NCBI GenBank assembly: GCA_965215185.1
Contig: OZ244034.1
Location: 1,311,569-1,375,568, forward strand
Reading direction: 5' to 3'
DNA length: 64,000 nt
From: Acidimicrobiia bacterium
GTDB taxonomy: Bacteria; Actinomycetota; Acidimicrobiia; Spongiisociales; ZC4RG35
The notes under the pieces are model-generated. The model did no database searches. It was not told where the DNA came from and saw only the letters and a list, made by a program, of their open reading frames with translations. Shown piece after piece: positions 19,824-30,438 of this stretch; within the stretch, counting starts at the first letter, position 1, and every line of letters starts with the position of its first letter. Both the position numbers and the translations under genes were made by a program.

Positions 19824-19913
19824 AGTTGTCCCTTTTTCATCTCACGTTAGGCGTCTGCCAGCGCCTAACTACCAAGACGTGCTACCTGGCAAAAGGTTGC
19901 ACTTTCGGATGGT

Positions 19914-20765
19914 TCACCGCCGCGCCGCGGAGGCCATCTCTTCCACCGCCGAAGCCAATGATCGGCCCGCGGCATCGGCGTTGGCCGATTCCAGAACCCG
20001 GCGAACCAAAGCGGTTCCAACGATGAAGCCGTCCGCCAACCGGGCAGCTATGGCCGCCTGGTCCGGATTGGAGATCCCCACTCCCAATACCACCGGAATG
20101 TCAGTCACCCCCCGGATGCTTGCCACCAGTTCCTCCACCCGGCTGCTCCATTCGCTTCTTTCTCCGGTGACACCGAGGTTGGCTACCGCGTAAATGAAAG
20201 CCGGCTCCGCCTCCGCTACTGCCCTGATGCGGTCGTACCCGGATGTGAGCGCCACGAACAGCACCATTCCCAGACCGTAACGGCGAGCCGCCTCGCTCAA
20301 TGGTCTTGCCTCCTCGAATGGCAAATCGGCAACAATCATGCCCGCTGCCCCTGCTTCAGCCAGACGATCACAGAACCAATCCGCGCCGCGGCGGAACACC
20401 GGGTTGGCGTAGGTCATGGCCAAAGAAGGAAGAGCGGTGGTCTCGGCCACCTCACCCAGAATGGAGAGGCTTTCGTCCAAAGTGGCCCCCGCTGCTATGG
20501 CCTGTTCGCTTCCCCGACAGATGACCGGCCCGTCCATGAGCGGGTCAGAATACGGAATGCCCACTTCGAAACCGTCGGCGCCAGCCTCTGCCATCGCCTG
20601 GAACAGGCGGGGAGAGGAAGCCGGATCGGGAAGTCCGGCGGTGAGGAATGGAAGAAACACCGACCGGTCCTCCCGACGGGCGGTCACGAACATGTCGGCA
20701 ATCCGTTCGGCGCCTGATCGCATATGAGCGGCTCCCGCGGTGGTACCCGCCTGTTCGGCGCTCAT
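19914..20765 (-). CDS. trpA: tryptophan synthase alpha subunit
   Basis: FLTAGLPDP ... [18 protein letters not shown] TrpA signatures. Confidence 0.9.
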   Translation of the reverse strand: MSAEQAGTTAGAAHMRSGAERIADMFVTARREDRSVFLPFLTAGLPDPASSPRLFQAMAEAGADGFEVGIPYSDPLMDGPVICRGSEQAIAAGATLDESLSILGEVAETTALPSLAMTYANPVFRRGADWFCDRLAEAGAAGMIVADLPFEEARPLSEAARRYGLGMVLFVALTSGYDRIRAVAEAEPAFIYAVANLGVTGERSEWSSRVEELVASIRGVTDIPVVLGVGISNPDQAAIAARLADGFIVGTALVRRVLESANADAAGRSLASAVEEMASAARR

Positions 20766-21931
20766 AGCCGGTCCACCAACATCTCCATGTCTTTGTCGCC
20801 CCTACCCGACAGGTTGATCAGCACCGTCTTGTGCCGAAGAGCCGCCGCCTCCTTGGCTACCCAGGCCACCGCATGAGCACTCTCCAAGGCGGGGATGATT
20901 CCCTCGGTGTGTGCCAAAAGCCTCACCCCGTCGAGCGCCTCCCGGTCGGTGATCGAAACATATCGAGCCAAGCCCGCCTCCTGAAAGTAGGAGTGCTCCG
21001 GTCCCACTCCCGGATAGTCGAGACCCGCCGAGATTGAATGAGCCTCCAAGACCTGCCCATCATCGTCCTGCAGCATGTAGGTCCAGGCGCCGTGCAGGAT
21101 CCCCGGGCTACCCGCTCCGATAGAAGCTCCGTGACGGCCCGTTCCGATCCCGTCGCCGCCGGCCTCGACTCCCACCAATTCCACCCCCGTTCCCGCCAAT
21201 GGCCAGAACATGCCGATGGCGTTGGACCCTCCTCCCACGCAGGCCACCGCCACGTCAGGCAATTGCTCGGACTGTTGGAGTATCTCCTCCCCGATCACTT
21301 TCTGCAACTCCCTGACGATCCAGGGAAAGGGATGGGGACCGACCACCGAGCCGATCACGTAATGGGTTTCTTCCACAGTACGCGCCCAGTCCCGCATGGC
21401 TTCGCTCACCGCGTCCTTGAGTGTCCCCGCTCCCGATGAAACTCCGATCACTTCACTGCCCAGGATCTTCATGCGGGACACATTGGGCGCTTGGCGGCGA
21501 ATGTCAACCACACCCATGTACACCTGGCACTCCAACCCCAGCACCGCCGCCGCGGTGGCGGTTGCCACTCCGTGCTGCCCCGCCCCTGTCTCGGCGATAA
21601 TGCGCGGCTTGCCCATCCGGTGAGCCAACAAACCCTGACCGAGGGCGTTGTTGATCTTGTGAGCGCCGGTGTGGGCCAGATCCTCGCGCTTCAACCACAC
21701 CTCCACCCCCAACCGCTCACTCAAACGGTGAGCCGGGTAAAGCGGTGTGGGGCGGCCCACGTACAAGTCCAACAGGCGATGATACTCCCCCACGAACAAC
21801 GGGTCGGACCAGGCGGAAGCAAACTCCTCCTCCAACTCCTCCAGCGCCGACATCAAGGTCTCGGGAGCGAACTGGCCGCCGTAATCACCAAAACGACCCC
21901 GGTCATCGGGACGGTGCAGTCGGGGTTTCAT
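20762..21931 (-). CDS. trpB: tryptophan synthase beta subunit
   Basis: [20 protein letters not shown] and [13 protein letters not shown]-site motifs. 4-nt overlap with trpA. Confidence 0.95.
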   Translation of the reverse strand: MKPRLHRPDDRGRFGDYGGQFAPETLMSALEELEEEFASAWSDPLFVGEYHRLLDLYVGRPTPLYPAHRLSERLGVEVWLKREDLAHTGAHKINNALGQGLLAHRMGKPRIIAETGAGQHGVATATAAAVLGLECQVYMGVVDIRRQAPNVSRMKILGSEVIGVSSGAGTLKDAVSEAMRDWARTVEETHYVIGSVVGPHPFPWIVRELQKVIGEEILQQSEQLPDVAVACVGGGSNAIGMFWPLAGTGVELVGVEAGGDGIGTGRHGASIGAGSPGILHGAWTYMLQDDDGQVLEAHSISAGLDYPGVGPEHSYFQEAGLARYVSITDREALDGVRLLAHTEGIIPALESAHAVAWVAKEAAALRHKTVLINLSGRGDKDMEMLVDRL

Positions 21932-22533
21932 TACCTCTTGGCCTCTTTCACAAACGAACGTATCCGAGCAGGATCTTTCACTCCCAGAGCCGACTCTAGA
22001 TGAGAAGAAGCGTCGACACCCCAGGGTTGCAGTTTTTTCACCGCTTGGGCAACATTATGGGTGCCCAGCCCTCCGGCCAAAACCCATCTTCGACCGAAAG
22101 AAGGCACCTTGTCATGATCGAAGGTTCGGCCGGTTCCTCCGTGACGGCGGGAGTCGGCGGTGTCTAAGATGGGAATCTGCGCATCTGGCACATGACCCAA
22201 AGACACTTGCTCAACGCCCACCTTGACCGGACGGAGAACCATCAGACCGTGCCGAACCGCCGCCTCGGCGGCCTCGGCCTGGTGTTTTCCATGGGGTTGG
22301 ACTCCCCCCGCGCCGATTCGCTCGGCCAGATCTATCAGGTCCTGGGGAGTTTGGTCCACCGTCACCAAGAACCCGGGAATCGGAGCGCTTTCAGCCAGGC
22401 GCCTTGCCCGATCAGCCGTGATGTAACGCGGCGTGCCCACCGCCAAAACCAGCCCGAAGGCATCGGCGCCCGCCTCCACCGCCGCCTCCAGATCCGACCT
22501 TTCCGAGAGGCCGCACACCTTGACCCAGACCAT
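21931..22533 (-). CDS. trpF: phosphoribosylanthranilate isomerase
   Basis: [31 protein letters not shown]-terminus. Confidence 0.85.
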   Translation of the reverse strand: MVWVKVCGLSERSDLEAAVEAGADAFGLVLAVGTPRYITADRARRLAESAPIPGFLVTVDQTPQDLIDLAERIGAGGVQPHGKHQAEAAEAAVRHGLMVLRPVKVGVEQVSLGHVPDAQIPILDTADSRRHGGTGRTFDHDKVPSFGRRWVLAGGLGTHNVAQAVKKLQPWGVDASSHLESALGVKDPARIRSFVKEAKR

Positions 22534-23300
22534 CAGGATGCACTGTCCCTCATTTGGGACACCAGATCCGCAGGACGTGGGGCTTTCACCAACGCCTCCC
22601 CCACCAAAATGGCGTCATAGCCCACTTGGGCCATCTCCGCCGCCTGGGCAGGGGTGTGGATACCGCTCTCGGCGACTCTGATCGCCGCCTCTGACAACAA
22701 GGGCGCCAATTGCCGGGCGGTTCCCAGATCGACCGTGAAATCGCGAAGGTCCCGATTGTTGACCCCCACAATCCGGGCGCCGGCCGTAAGCGCCCTTCGC
22801 GCCTCCCCGGGATTGTGTACCTCCACCAAAGCCGCCAGTCCGGCCCGGGCCGTCTCTTCCAGCAGCTGTCCCAGCTGTCGGTCGTCCAGAATCGCCACGA
22901 TCAGCAGCAGGGCGTCGGCGCCGATGCGAGCCGACTCCCACACCTGAGCGGGGTCCAGAATGAAATCCTTGCGAAGCACCGGAATCCCCACCGCTTCGGC
23001 CACCGTGCTCAGATCATGATTGGATCCTCCGAAGTGCTCCGGCTCGGTCAGTACCGACACCGCCGCCGCTCCGGCTTGCTCATAGATTCGAGCTTGGCGC
23101 ACCGGGTCAAGTCCAGCGGCCAGCACTCCCCGGGAGGGTGACCGTCTCTTGACCTCTCCGATGACTGCCAATCCCGTTGCACCCAAAGCCGTTTCGAAGT
23201 CCCGTGGAGACGTCGCAGGCTGGTCGTGGCCTTCCACATGATCTCGGAGCCCGGCAATCCGCCGACGGGTGGAGGCGAGTATCTCTTCCAGCATCACCAT
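22533..23300 (-). CDS. trpC: indole-3-glycerol-phosphate synthase
   Basis: IGEVKRRSPSRG ... VLTEPEHFGGS ... IPVLRKDFI IGPS motifs. Confidence 0.9.
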   Translation of the reverse strand: MVMLEEILASTRRRIAGLRDHVEGHDQPATSPRDFETALGATGLAVIGEVKRRSPSRGVLAAGLDPVRQARIYEQAGAAAVSVLTEPEHFGGSNHDLSTVAEAVGIPVLRKDFILDPAQVWESARIGADALLLIVAILDDRQLGQLLEETARAGLAALVEVHNPGEARRALTAGARIVGVNNRDLRDFTVDLGTARQLAPLLSEAAIRVAESGIHTPAQAAEMAQVGYDAILVGEALVKAPRPADLVSQMRDSAS

Positions 23301-23750
23301 GCGATTCTACGAAGCGCCGAAATGACAGACAACAGCCCGCCACCGAACAACGGTTAGTAGCGCGGCTAAAGTGCTTGCGGTTGGCGCCGCGCCGCTACCT
23401 CACGAGGGATGTCGGCCCGGCTGGGCATGGGAACCGTCCGGTCAGCAAAGGTCGGGTGGTAGCCAAGGATGCGCCCGAGCCCAGGGTTGACGATCTCGAC
23501 ATTGATGCGGTAGCGGGCCAGGTCGTTGTCCCACCACTCCCGGACGCTGGCACGGCCGGTGGGCTACCCGGGAAAACGACAACGAATAGGACCCTCAAGA
23601 CAGCAATAGTCGCCACTTAAATTGTCATGCCACCCTCGACATCTACCCAAGCAGCGTAAGTCGGTGGCGGCATGATGGTCGATTCGGATGGGCGGCCACA
23701 CCACACCGACATTAGCCCACCGGGCGGCAGATCTCGCAAAACAGGACACC

Positions 23751-24536
23751 TTAGAAACCGAAGACCCGCCGGCAGGCTAGGGCGGCCCGATCACTGTCAC
23801 CACCCTCGGGGACCAACTCGAAAGAGACCAGACCGTCGTATCCCTCCGCCTCCAAGACCTTGCGCAGATGCACAAAGCTAATCTCACCAGTGCCGGGCTG
23901 TCCACGACCCGGGACGTCGGCCACGTCGAACCTTCCCATCCAGGGCAACGCTTGCAATAGATTGTCGGTCAACCGCCCTCCCGACAGCTGCTGATGAAAG
24001 CAGTCGAATGCCAGCCGCACCGCGGGATGGCCCACCGCCCGGCAGATGGCCAGGGTAATCCCCACTTCGTCCCAGAAATAGCCGGGGACATACACATTGT
24101 TGATGGCCTCCACCGCCAAGGTGATCCCGGTTCCCTCCACCAGCTTCACTGCTTCTCCCAGCCCATCGACACAAGCCTGGTAGCGGGCATCCCAGGTCAA
24201 TGGCGGAGGCTTGACGATCACACCGCACGGCCCGATCCCGTCACTGAATGTGTGAAGCTGCCTGGCCCCCACCCGCTTGGCCACCTCCACGGACGCAGCC
24301 AATTCTTCTAGGAGCTGTCCGTGTTGAGCAGGGTTGGCCAGACCCCCCTGCCGATGCCCGAAAAACCCTCCCAGCGCCACGCCCTCGGCGCGGCAGGTCT
24401 CCCCCAACTCGTCTATGTCGACATCTCTCCAATCCCACAGATCAACCTGATCGAAACCGTGGGAAGCGGCCTTGCGCACCCGGTCGGGGAAGGAGAGTTC
24501 AGTCCACATGAACTGCAGACTGACCGAATACCTCAT
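23751..24536 (-). CDS. sugar-phosphate isomerase/epimerase (xylose-isomerase-like TIM barrel; Hyi/IolE-like)
   Basis: Homology starts at MRYSVSLQFMWTE, typical of the hydroxypyruvate-isomerase family N-terminus. The upstream 146-aa extension of the ORF is low-complexity and was rejected. TGATG stop/start overlap with the SDR gene. Confidence 0.7.
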   Translation of the reverse strand: MRYSVSLQFMWTELSFPDRVRKAASHGFDQVDLWDWRDVDIDELGETCRAEGVALGGFFGHRQGGLANPAQHGQLLEELAASVEVAKRVGARQLHTFSDGIGPCGVIVKPPPLTWDARYQACVDGLGEAVKLVEGTGITLAVEAINNVYVPGYFWDEVGITLAICRAVGHPAVRLAFDCFHQQLSGGRLTDNLLQALPWMGRFDVADVPGRGQPGTGEISFVHLRKVLEAEGYDGLVSFELVPEGGDSDRAALACRRVFGF

Positions 24537-25318
24537 CACACTCCCCCGACGGTGGCGCCCCCATTCACAAACAGCGTCTGACCGGTGATCATCCGCGCCT
24601 GCCGTGACGCCAAAAACAACACCGCTTCGGCGATGTCGAGGGGATAGATGGGTTGGGGGAGCATCTGACCTTCCGCCACCAACCGCAGATACTTCTCGCT
24701 GATCTCGGCGGTGGTGATCTCGGTGGTGACCAAACCCGGCCCTACCGCGTTGACGGCGATCCCGAAGGGGCCCATCTCCCGGGCGAGGCTTCGGGTCATC
24801 ACCGAAACGGCGCCCTTGGAAGCCACATAGTGCATCAGATGGGACATGCCGAAAGTGATCACGTTGGAGGAGAGGTTGACCACCCGCCCCCCGCCCGAGG
24901 CCTTCATGGGCTCCAGCACCTCCCGGCAGAGCAGGAAGATGGAATCCACGTTCACTTCCATCACCCGCCTCCACTCTGCCAGATCGATCTCCCAGAAGGG
25001 CCGACGGGGTATGCCGGCAAACAGGCCGGCATTGTTGATCAGAACATCCAGCCGCCCGTTGCGTTCCATCACTTGTGAGACTCCGGCTTTCACTCCGGCT
25101 TCATCCGTGATGTCCAGCATCTGGTATTCCACCCGGCCTCCACCGGCCCGGATGGCGTCCACCGTTTCCTCAGCCGCAGCGACATCGAAAATCTCCACTA
25201 CCGCGCCCCGGGATGCCAAGGTTTCAGATATCTGCCGCCCTATTGCCCGGGCACCCCCGGTAACGATCGCCACCTGCCCGGAAAAACATCCGTTGTCGTT
25301 TCCTGTTTGCATCAGCAT
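24536..25318 (-). CDS. SDR-family oxidoreductase (short-chain dehydrogenase)
   Basis: GQVAIVTGGARAIGRQI Rossmann motif, NNAG, YVASKGAV catalytic motif. Confidence 0.85.
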   Translation of the reverse strand: MLMQTGNDNGCFSGQVAIVTGGARAIGRQISETLASRGAVVEIFDVAAAEETVDAIRAGGGRVEYQMLDITDEAGVKAGVSQVMERNGRLDVLINNAGLFAGIPRRPFWEIDLAEWRRVMEVNVDSIFLLCREVLEPMKASGGGRVVNLSSNVITFGMSHLMHYVASKGAVSVMTRSLAREMGPFGIAVNAVGPGLVTTEITTAEISEKYLRLVAEGQMLPQPIYPLDIAEAVLFLASRQARMITGQTLFVNGGATVGGV

Positions 25319-25331
25319 CTTCCTTTCCCAT

Positions 25332-25568
25332 CTACTCCACGATGGCCAAAACGGCGCCCACCGCCACGGTTTCACCCTCCGCCACCAGCAACCGGGTCAC
25401 AGTTCCCGACACCGGGGACTCCAAATCCACTTCCACTTTCTCGGTCTCCACCACTGCGATCACATCCCCCGCTTCTATCTCGTCGCCCACCTCCATCTCC
25501 CAGGAGATCAGGGTGCCTTCTTCCATGGTCAGGCCCCATTTGGGCATCAGGATATTTCTTACCATGTG
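25332..25568 (-). CDS. stand-alone lipoyl-domain protein (lipoyl carrier, no E2 catalytic domain)
   Basis: MVRNILMPKWGLTMEEGTLISWEMEVGDEIEAGDVIAVVETEKVEVDLESPVSGTV is the lipoyl attachment domain, with the lysine in ETEKV. ORF ends after about 78 aa. Confidence 0.75.
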   Translation of the reverse strand, partial: HMVRNILMPKWGLTMEEGTLISWEMEVGDEIEAGDVIAVVETEKVEVDLESPVSGTVTRLLVAEGETVAVGAVLAIVE

Positions 25569-25602
25569 GGTACTCTCCTTCCCAAGTTGAGGGCCCTTGC
25601 CA

Positions 25603-26604
25603 TCAGACCCGCGGGTGATCGACCTTCCGCCCCTCCACAGTATTCCTAATGCCCTCTGCAATCCGCTCCGAGTTCGGTATCACGAAACCCTCCAATTCCG
25701 GCGCGTAGGGCATGGGCGTATTGGTTCCGCACACCCGGGTCACCGGCGCCCGGAGCAGATGCCACATCTCCCCGGCGGCGATGGCGGCGATCTCAGCGCC
25801 CACTCCTCCGCGTCCCGGGGCTTCATGGGCCACCACCAACCTCCCCGTCTTGCTTAGCGATGCGGCCAAGAGGTCCCGATCAAAAGGCACCAGCGAGCGA
25901 GGATCCAGCACTTCCACAGAGATCCCCTCTTCTTCCAAACTCTCCGCCGCCTCCAAAGCGGCATAAAGGGTATGAAGATAGGAAACCACCGTTATATCAC
26001 TGCCTTCCCTGGCCACCCTTCCCACTCCCAACGGCAGCGGATCGACCTGATCGGGTACCGGGTCCGACCGACCATAGAGCAGCTTATGCTCGAATACCAG
26101 CACCGGATCGGGATCCCGGATGGCGGCCTTCATCAAGGCCTTGGCGTCGGAAGCAGTGGAGGGCGCCACCACCTTCAACCCGGGGGTGTGAACGAACCAG
26201 GCCTCCAGACTTTGGGAGTGCTGCCCGGCAGTGGCTCCCGCCGTCCCGGTCACCATCCGCACCGTCAGCGGCACCCCGATCCTGCCCCCGGTCATGTAGG
26301 AGGTCTTGGCCGCCTGATTCACCAACATGTCCATGGCCAGGGTGACAAAGTCCCCGAACATCACCTCCACCACCGGACGCGCCCCCACCAATGCCGCACC
26401 CACTGCGGCGCCCACGATTGCTTCCTCGGAGATGGGGGTGTCGTACACCCGGTCGGCCCCGAATCGGCTCCACAAGCCTCTGGTCACTCCGAACACCCCT
26501 CCGGCTTCGCCTATGTCCTCGCCGATGAGAAAAACATTGGGGTCTCTTTCCATCTCCTCGGCCAAGGCTTCCCCGATGGCGGCGCCGTATCGGATTCTTC
26601 TCAT
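25603..26604 (-). CDS. 2-oxoacid (pyruvate/acetoin-type) dehydrogenase E1 component beta subunit
   Basis: Transketolase-like pyrimidine-binding and C-terminal domains: FLIGEDIGEAGGVFGVTRGL ... VVEVMFGDF. Confidence 0.85.
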   Translation of the reverse strand: MRRIRYGAAIGEALAEEMERDPNVFLIGEDIGEAGGVFGVTRGLWSRFGADRVYDTPISEEAIVGAAVGAALVGARPVVEVMFGDFVTLAMDMLVNQAAKTSYMTGGRIGVPLTVRMVTGTAGATAGQHSQSLEAWFVHTPGLKVVAPSTASDAKALMKAAIRDPDPVLVFEHKLLYGRSDPVPDQVDPLPLGVGRVAREGSDITVVSYLHTLYAALEAAESLEEEGISVEVLDPRSLVPFDRDLLAASLSKTGRLVVAHEAPGRGGVGAEIAAIAAGEMWHLLRAPVTRVCGTNTPMPYAPELEGFVIPNSERIAEGIRNTVEGRKVDHPRV

Positions 26605-27641
26605 CGCAGCGCCCTTCCTTCATGGGTCTGCACATACACATCCTCCAGCGCCTCGGTGGGCCGAGGATGGGGACTGTTCCCGGCAAAGCGGGCCGCTTCA
26701 TCCAGTTGTGCCTCGACTCCCTCCCGCACTTGTTCCAGTTGCGCGTCGTCCACCCCCTCGCCTCGCAGATGTTCTTCGAAAACCCGCAGGGGATCGCGAG
26801 CCATCCACTCCTCCAGTTCTCCGGGTGGCCGGTAACGGGCCATGTCTCCCTCGTAGTGGCCTCGATGGCGGTAAGTTCTTGCTTCGATCAAAGTCGGACC
26901 CTTGCCGGCCCGAGCGCGTTCCACTGCCGCCCGCGCCGCCGCCCGCATCTCCAGCACGTAGTTTCCCTCCACCACCACCCCCTCCATGGCGTAGGAATCG
27001 GCCCGCCGGGCGATTTCGGTGATGGGTTGATGCTTGTGCTGAGGAGTGAACTCTCCGTAGAAGTTGTTCTCACACACGTACACCACCGGCAGGGACCATA
27101 AGGATGCGAGGTTCAAAGATTCGTGAAAGCTTCCCTCGTTGGTGGCGCCATCCCCAAAAAAGGAAACGGCCACCCGCCCTTGGCCTTCCCGCTTTTTCTG
27201 AAGGGCCGCACCGGTGGCGAGGGGAATGCCCCCGCCCACGATTCCGTTGGCCCCCAAGAATCCCAAAGCGACATCGATCATGTGCAACGAGCCGCCCTTG
27301 GCCCGGTTGTATCCGTCCTGGCGCCCGTAGAGCTCGGCGTACATCCGGGCCGGATCGGCGCCTCGGGCAAGCATGTGACCGTGACCGCGGTGGGTGCTGG
27401 TGATCACATCGCCATCCTCAAGGGCGGCGCATACTCCCACCGCCACTGCTTCCTGCCCGATATAAGGATGCAGAAACCCGGGAATGAATCCTTGCTGACG
27501 GAGGTGAGCCGCCCTTTCCTCGAACCGGCGGATCAGAAACATGGATCGATAGAGTCCGACCAACCCATCCTGGTTCATGCTGGGGCCGGTCATCGCCTTC
27601 ATGCTAGGCGGGCTTTTGACTAGCCTCGACGGCGATGTCAT
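26601..27641 (-). CDS. 2-oxoacid dehydrogenase E1 component alpha subunit (TPP-binding)
   Basis: YRSMFLIRRFEERAAHLRQQGFIPGFLHPYIGQEA and GDGATNEG TPP motif. 4-nt overlap with the beta subunit. Confidence 0.85.
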   Translation of the reverse strand: MTSPSRLVKSPPSMKAMTGPSMNQDGLVGLYRSMFLIRRFEERAAHLRQQGFIPGFLHPYIGQEAVAVGVCAALEDGDVITSTHRGHGHMLARGADPARMYAELYGRQDGYNRAKGGSLHMIDVALGFLGANGIVGGGIPLATGAALQKKREGQGRVAVSFFGDGATNEGSFHESLNLASLWSLPVVYVCENNFYGEFTPQHKHQPITEIARRADSYAMEGVVVEGNYVLEMRAAARAAVERARAGKGPTLIEARTYRHRGHYEGDMARYRPPGELEEWMARDPLRVFEEHLRGEGVDDAQLEQVREGVEAQLDEAARFAGNSPHPRPTEALEDVYVQTHEGRALR

Positions 27642-29358
27642 GGAAACGGTGGGCAGCGCTGCTAGTGGTCATGGTGTTGTGGGTGTCGGCATGCGCCGAC
27701 CCGGATCCGGACCCCGCCGAGATGGCCACAGCCGCTGAGCAGGCCGACACCAGTCCGCCCACCTCCACCCATACCGGCGGCGACTTGGTGCTCGCAGTAG
27801 AGCAATGGCCCATTGCATCAATCCGATCACTTCGTGCGCCAACTCCTCCTGGCTGAGCTGGTCGGTGCTGGCCCACGTGCTGCCCAAGCTCATGGAACTC
27901 AATATCGACAACACCTACCGGGCCTCGCCCACCCTCGTCGAGGCCCCGACGATCGAAAACGGCGGTATTGTGGTCGCCAACGACGGCGTCTTCACATTGA
28001 CATACCGACTGAATCCCGACGCCCGGTGGAGCGACGGGACGCCCATCACCAGCCGCGACGTCTGGTTCACATGGCGCGCGATGCTCGACACCGTAGGCGC
28101 TCTGCAAACCGCCGGTTACGACCTTATTCAGAACGTGAACACCGATGACCCCCAGACCGCAGTCGTCACCTTCAGCGAACCCTACGGCGCTTGGCGGGAA
28201 CTCTTCGGAGTGCTGCTGCCGGGCCATGTCCTGGGCCCCGACACCAACATCGCCGAGCAGTGGAACGACGCTATCACCCTCTCCGGCGGCCCTTGGCTGT
28301 CACAGTCCTGGAGCGCCGACCGGCACATTCTGATACCCAATCCCAACTACTGGGTCCCCGAACGCCGCCCGCTCGTCGACCGGGTGGTGATGGTGCCCAT
28401 GGAAAGCACCGAAGCCCAAGTAACCGCCCTCCAAAGCGGCCAGGTAATGGCCGCCCTGCCACAGCCTTTCCCCGACCTTCAGAACCGATTCACCGCCGAC
28501 CTCACCTTCGTGCTGGGCGAGGGGACCTTCGTAGAGGGCTTTTGGATCAACCAGCAGTCCCCCAACCGGCGCTTTGAGATCACCCGCAAACTGCGACAGG
28601 CCGTTGCCTACTCCCTCGACCGCCAGCGGATCGCCGATGCGGCGCTCGGCCCCTTCCTCGACCAGCCCCTGGTGCTCCAATGCGCGGGCTGGAACCCGAG
28701 CTTCGGCGATTGGTGCGGCGACGCTTTCTCCCACTACATCCAGGACATCGACAAGGTGACAGAATTGCTCGGCGCCGAGGGATGGACCCGACCAGACCCC
28801 AACGGGCTGTGGGTCAACTCCGACGGAGAGGGACTGATCCTGCAGTTCAACACGGTGGCCGGCAACCAACGCCGAGAGGATGTGCAGGTTCTGGTCGGGG
28901 AAATGACCGCGCCGTTCGGGATTGGTTGGGAGATCGTTAACTACGACCCTGCCGAACTGTTCCAGGAACGCCTACCGGCCATGGATTTCGGCCCGGTGGC
29001 TCTCTACGCCTACGACACGTCACCGGATCCGTCGGTGGTGAAGCTTTACGCCATCGACGGTATCCCCAAGGAGTCCAACGGTTTCAGCGGCCAAAACTTC
29101 CTGGCCTATACCAACCCGGAAGCGAGCGATCTCGCTTTCGCCATCGATGGGGAGGTGGACAACAACCCCCGCCTGGCGCTGGTCCGTCGGCTCGCTGCCA
29201 TCCTTGCCGAGGACGTACCCTGGATTCCACTCTACGTGCTGCCCAACCTGCTGGTCTGGAACTCCACGATGGTGGAGGGCGCGGGCACCTGGGTATCAAG
29301 CCCTTATAGCGGCTTCTACGACATCTACGATTGGAAAGTGATCAGCGCAGGACAGTGA
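27635..29358 (+). CDS. ABC transporter substrate-binding lipoprotein, family 5 (peptide/nickel type); probable frameshift near 27810
   Basis: Lipoprotein signal MSWKRWAALLVVMVLWVSAC is in frame 2 (27635-27856). The SBP_bac_5 body (DGTPITSRDVWFTWRAM...) is in frame 1 from 27805. GGDLVLAVEQWP (frame 2) and INPITS...SWLSWSVL (frame 1) are consecutive conserved segments. Confidence 0.6.
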
Positions 29359-29433
29359 CAGCACCCGCGTTTGTTTGTCTTTGGCCATGCTCATCAACCA
29401 CCTGACGCGGTATCCCTCCCCGACCAGGATCTC

Positions 29434-30438
29434 TTAACCGGTGACATCCGGATCGGAGAGGTGGCTCAGGGCCCCCACCATGGGCAAGGCTCTCACGCGG
29501 GCAGGCGCCTCTCCACCCTCCCAGTGGATCCGCACTTCGTCTCCCGGGTCGGTTCCCCGCTTGATCAGTGACAACCCCACCGGGGCGCCCACCTCCAAAG
29601 ATTCGGCCACCGAGGTGATCCTGCCCACCACCTTGTTGTCTTTTCGCACCTCCGCTCCTTCGGGAGGCAGAAGGTTGGTCCTAATCTCCAAACCCCGTAA
29701 GGTGCGGTTCACCCTGCCTCGGCTGTCGATTCGCGCCGCCAATTCCTGACCCAAGAAGCACCCTTTGGTGAAAGAGACCGCGGCTTTGGCAAGTTCTCCG
29801 GTTTCCTGCGGGATGGTCCGATGATCCAGATCCATGTCCATCACCGGCTCTCCGCTCTCCACCCGCACTGCTCGCCAGGCCAGTTCTCCAACGGGTTGAG
29901 CATCCCCGACAGCCTCGCCTGTGAAAAAGACCCGGGGAAGGCCCGCCAGGGCCGACGACGCTCGGATGTCCTCACCGTCTCGCTCCCATCGGTGCTCTCC
30001 CAAGGCATCGCTCCATGGATCGGTGGGTCCCACCAGCGCGGAGACCGGGCGGGGGTCGAGACTGATCTTGGCCTTGATGCGAATCCGGTAGTAGTCGAGG
30101 GTCTCGGCCAACTCCAAGCCCTCTCCCCGGCCGCAGATAAGTCCCAGTCCCCCCGAGCCTTTCACTACCCACAAGAGGAAACGCACCATCCCTCGGGGTG
30201 TGAGAACAAAGGAACGGCCCACCCCCCATTCGGTAAGAGACTCCACATCGGCGCTGAGCAGTCCCTGCAGGAACGACACCGAGCCGGGACCCTGCACCCA
30301 CACCACTTCCCAGCGGTCCGCAACCAGGCCGCATTCCTTCCGAAGCGCCAGATACTCTCCGGTCACGTTGCCGAAGCTGTCGGGTGGGGCGCTCGACCCA
30401 ACCGCGGGAACCAGACCCCGCCCGCTTGGATCATCCAC
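29434..30438 (-). CDS. GcvT/YgfZ-family folate-binding protein (aminomethyltransferase-like)
   Basis: GEYLALRKECGLVADRWEVVWVQGPGSVSFLQGLLSADVESL fits the GcvT N-domain pattern. 8-nt overlap with trpE. Confidence 0.7.
   Translation of the reverse strand: MDDPSGRGLVPAVGSSAPPDSFGNVTGEYLALRKECGLVADRWEVVWVQGPGSVSFLQGLLSADVESLTEWGVGRSFVLTPRGMVRFLLWVVKGSGGLGLICGRGEGLELAETLDYYRIRIKAKISLDPRPVSALVGPTDPWSDALGEHRWERDGEDIRASSALAGLPRVFFTGEAVGDAQPVGELAWRAVRVESGEPVMDMDLDHRTIPQETGELAKAAVSFTKGCFLGQELAARIDSRGRVNRTLRGLEIRTNLLPPEGAEVRKDNKVVGRITSVAESLEVGAPVGLSLIKRGTDPGDEVRIHWEGGEAPARVRALPMVGALSHLSDPDVTG

Noticed and set aside
19840-19870. Inverted repeat aggcgtctgccagcgcct between trpA and the lipoprotein gene as a terminator
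   Set aside because: Not followed by a U-run on the transcribed (minus) strand, so not a canonical intrinsic terminator.
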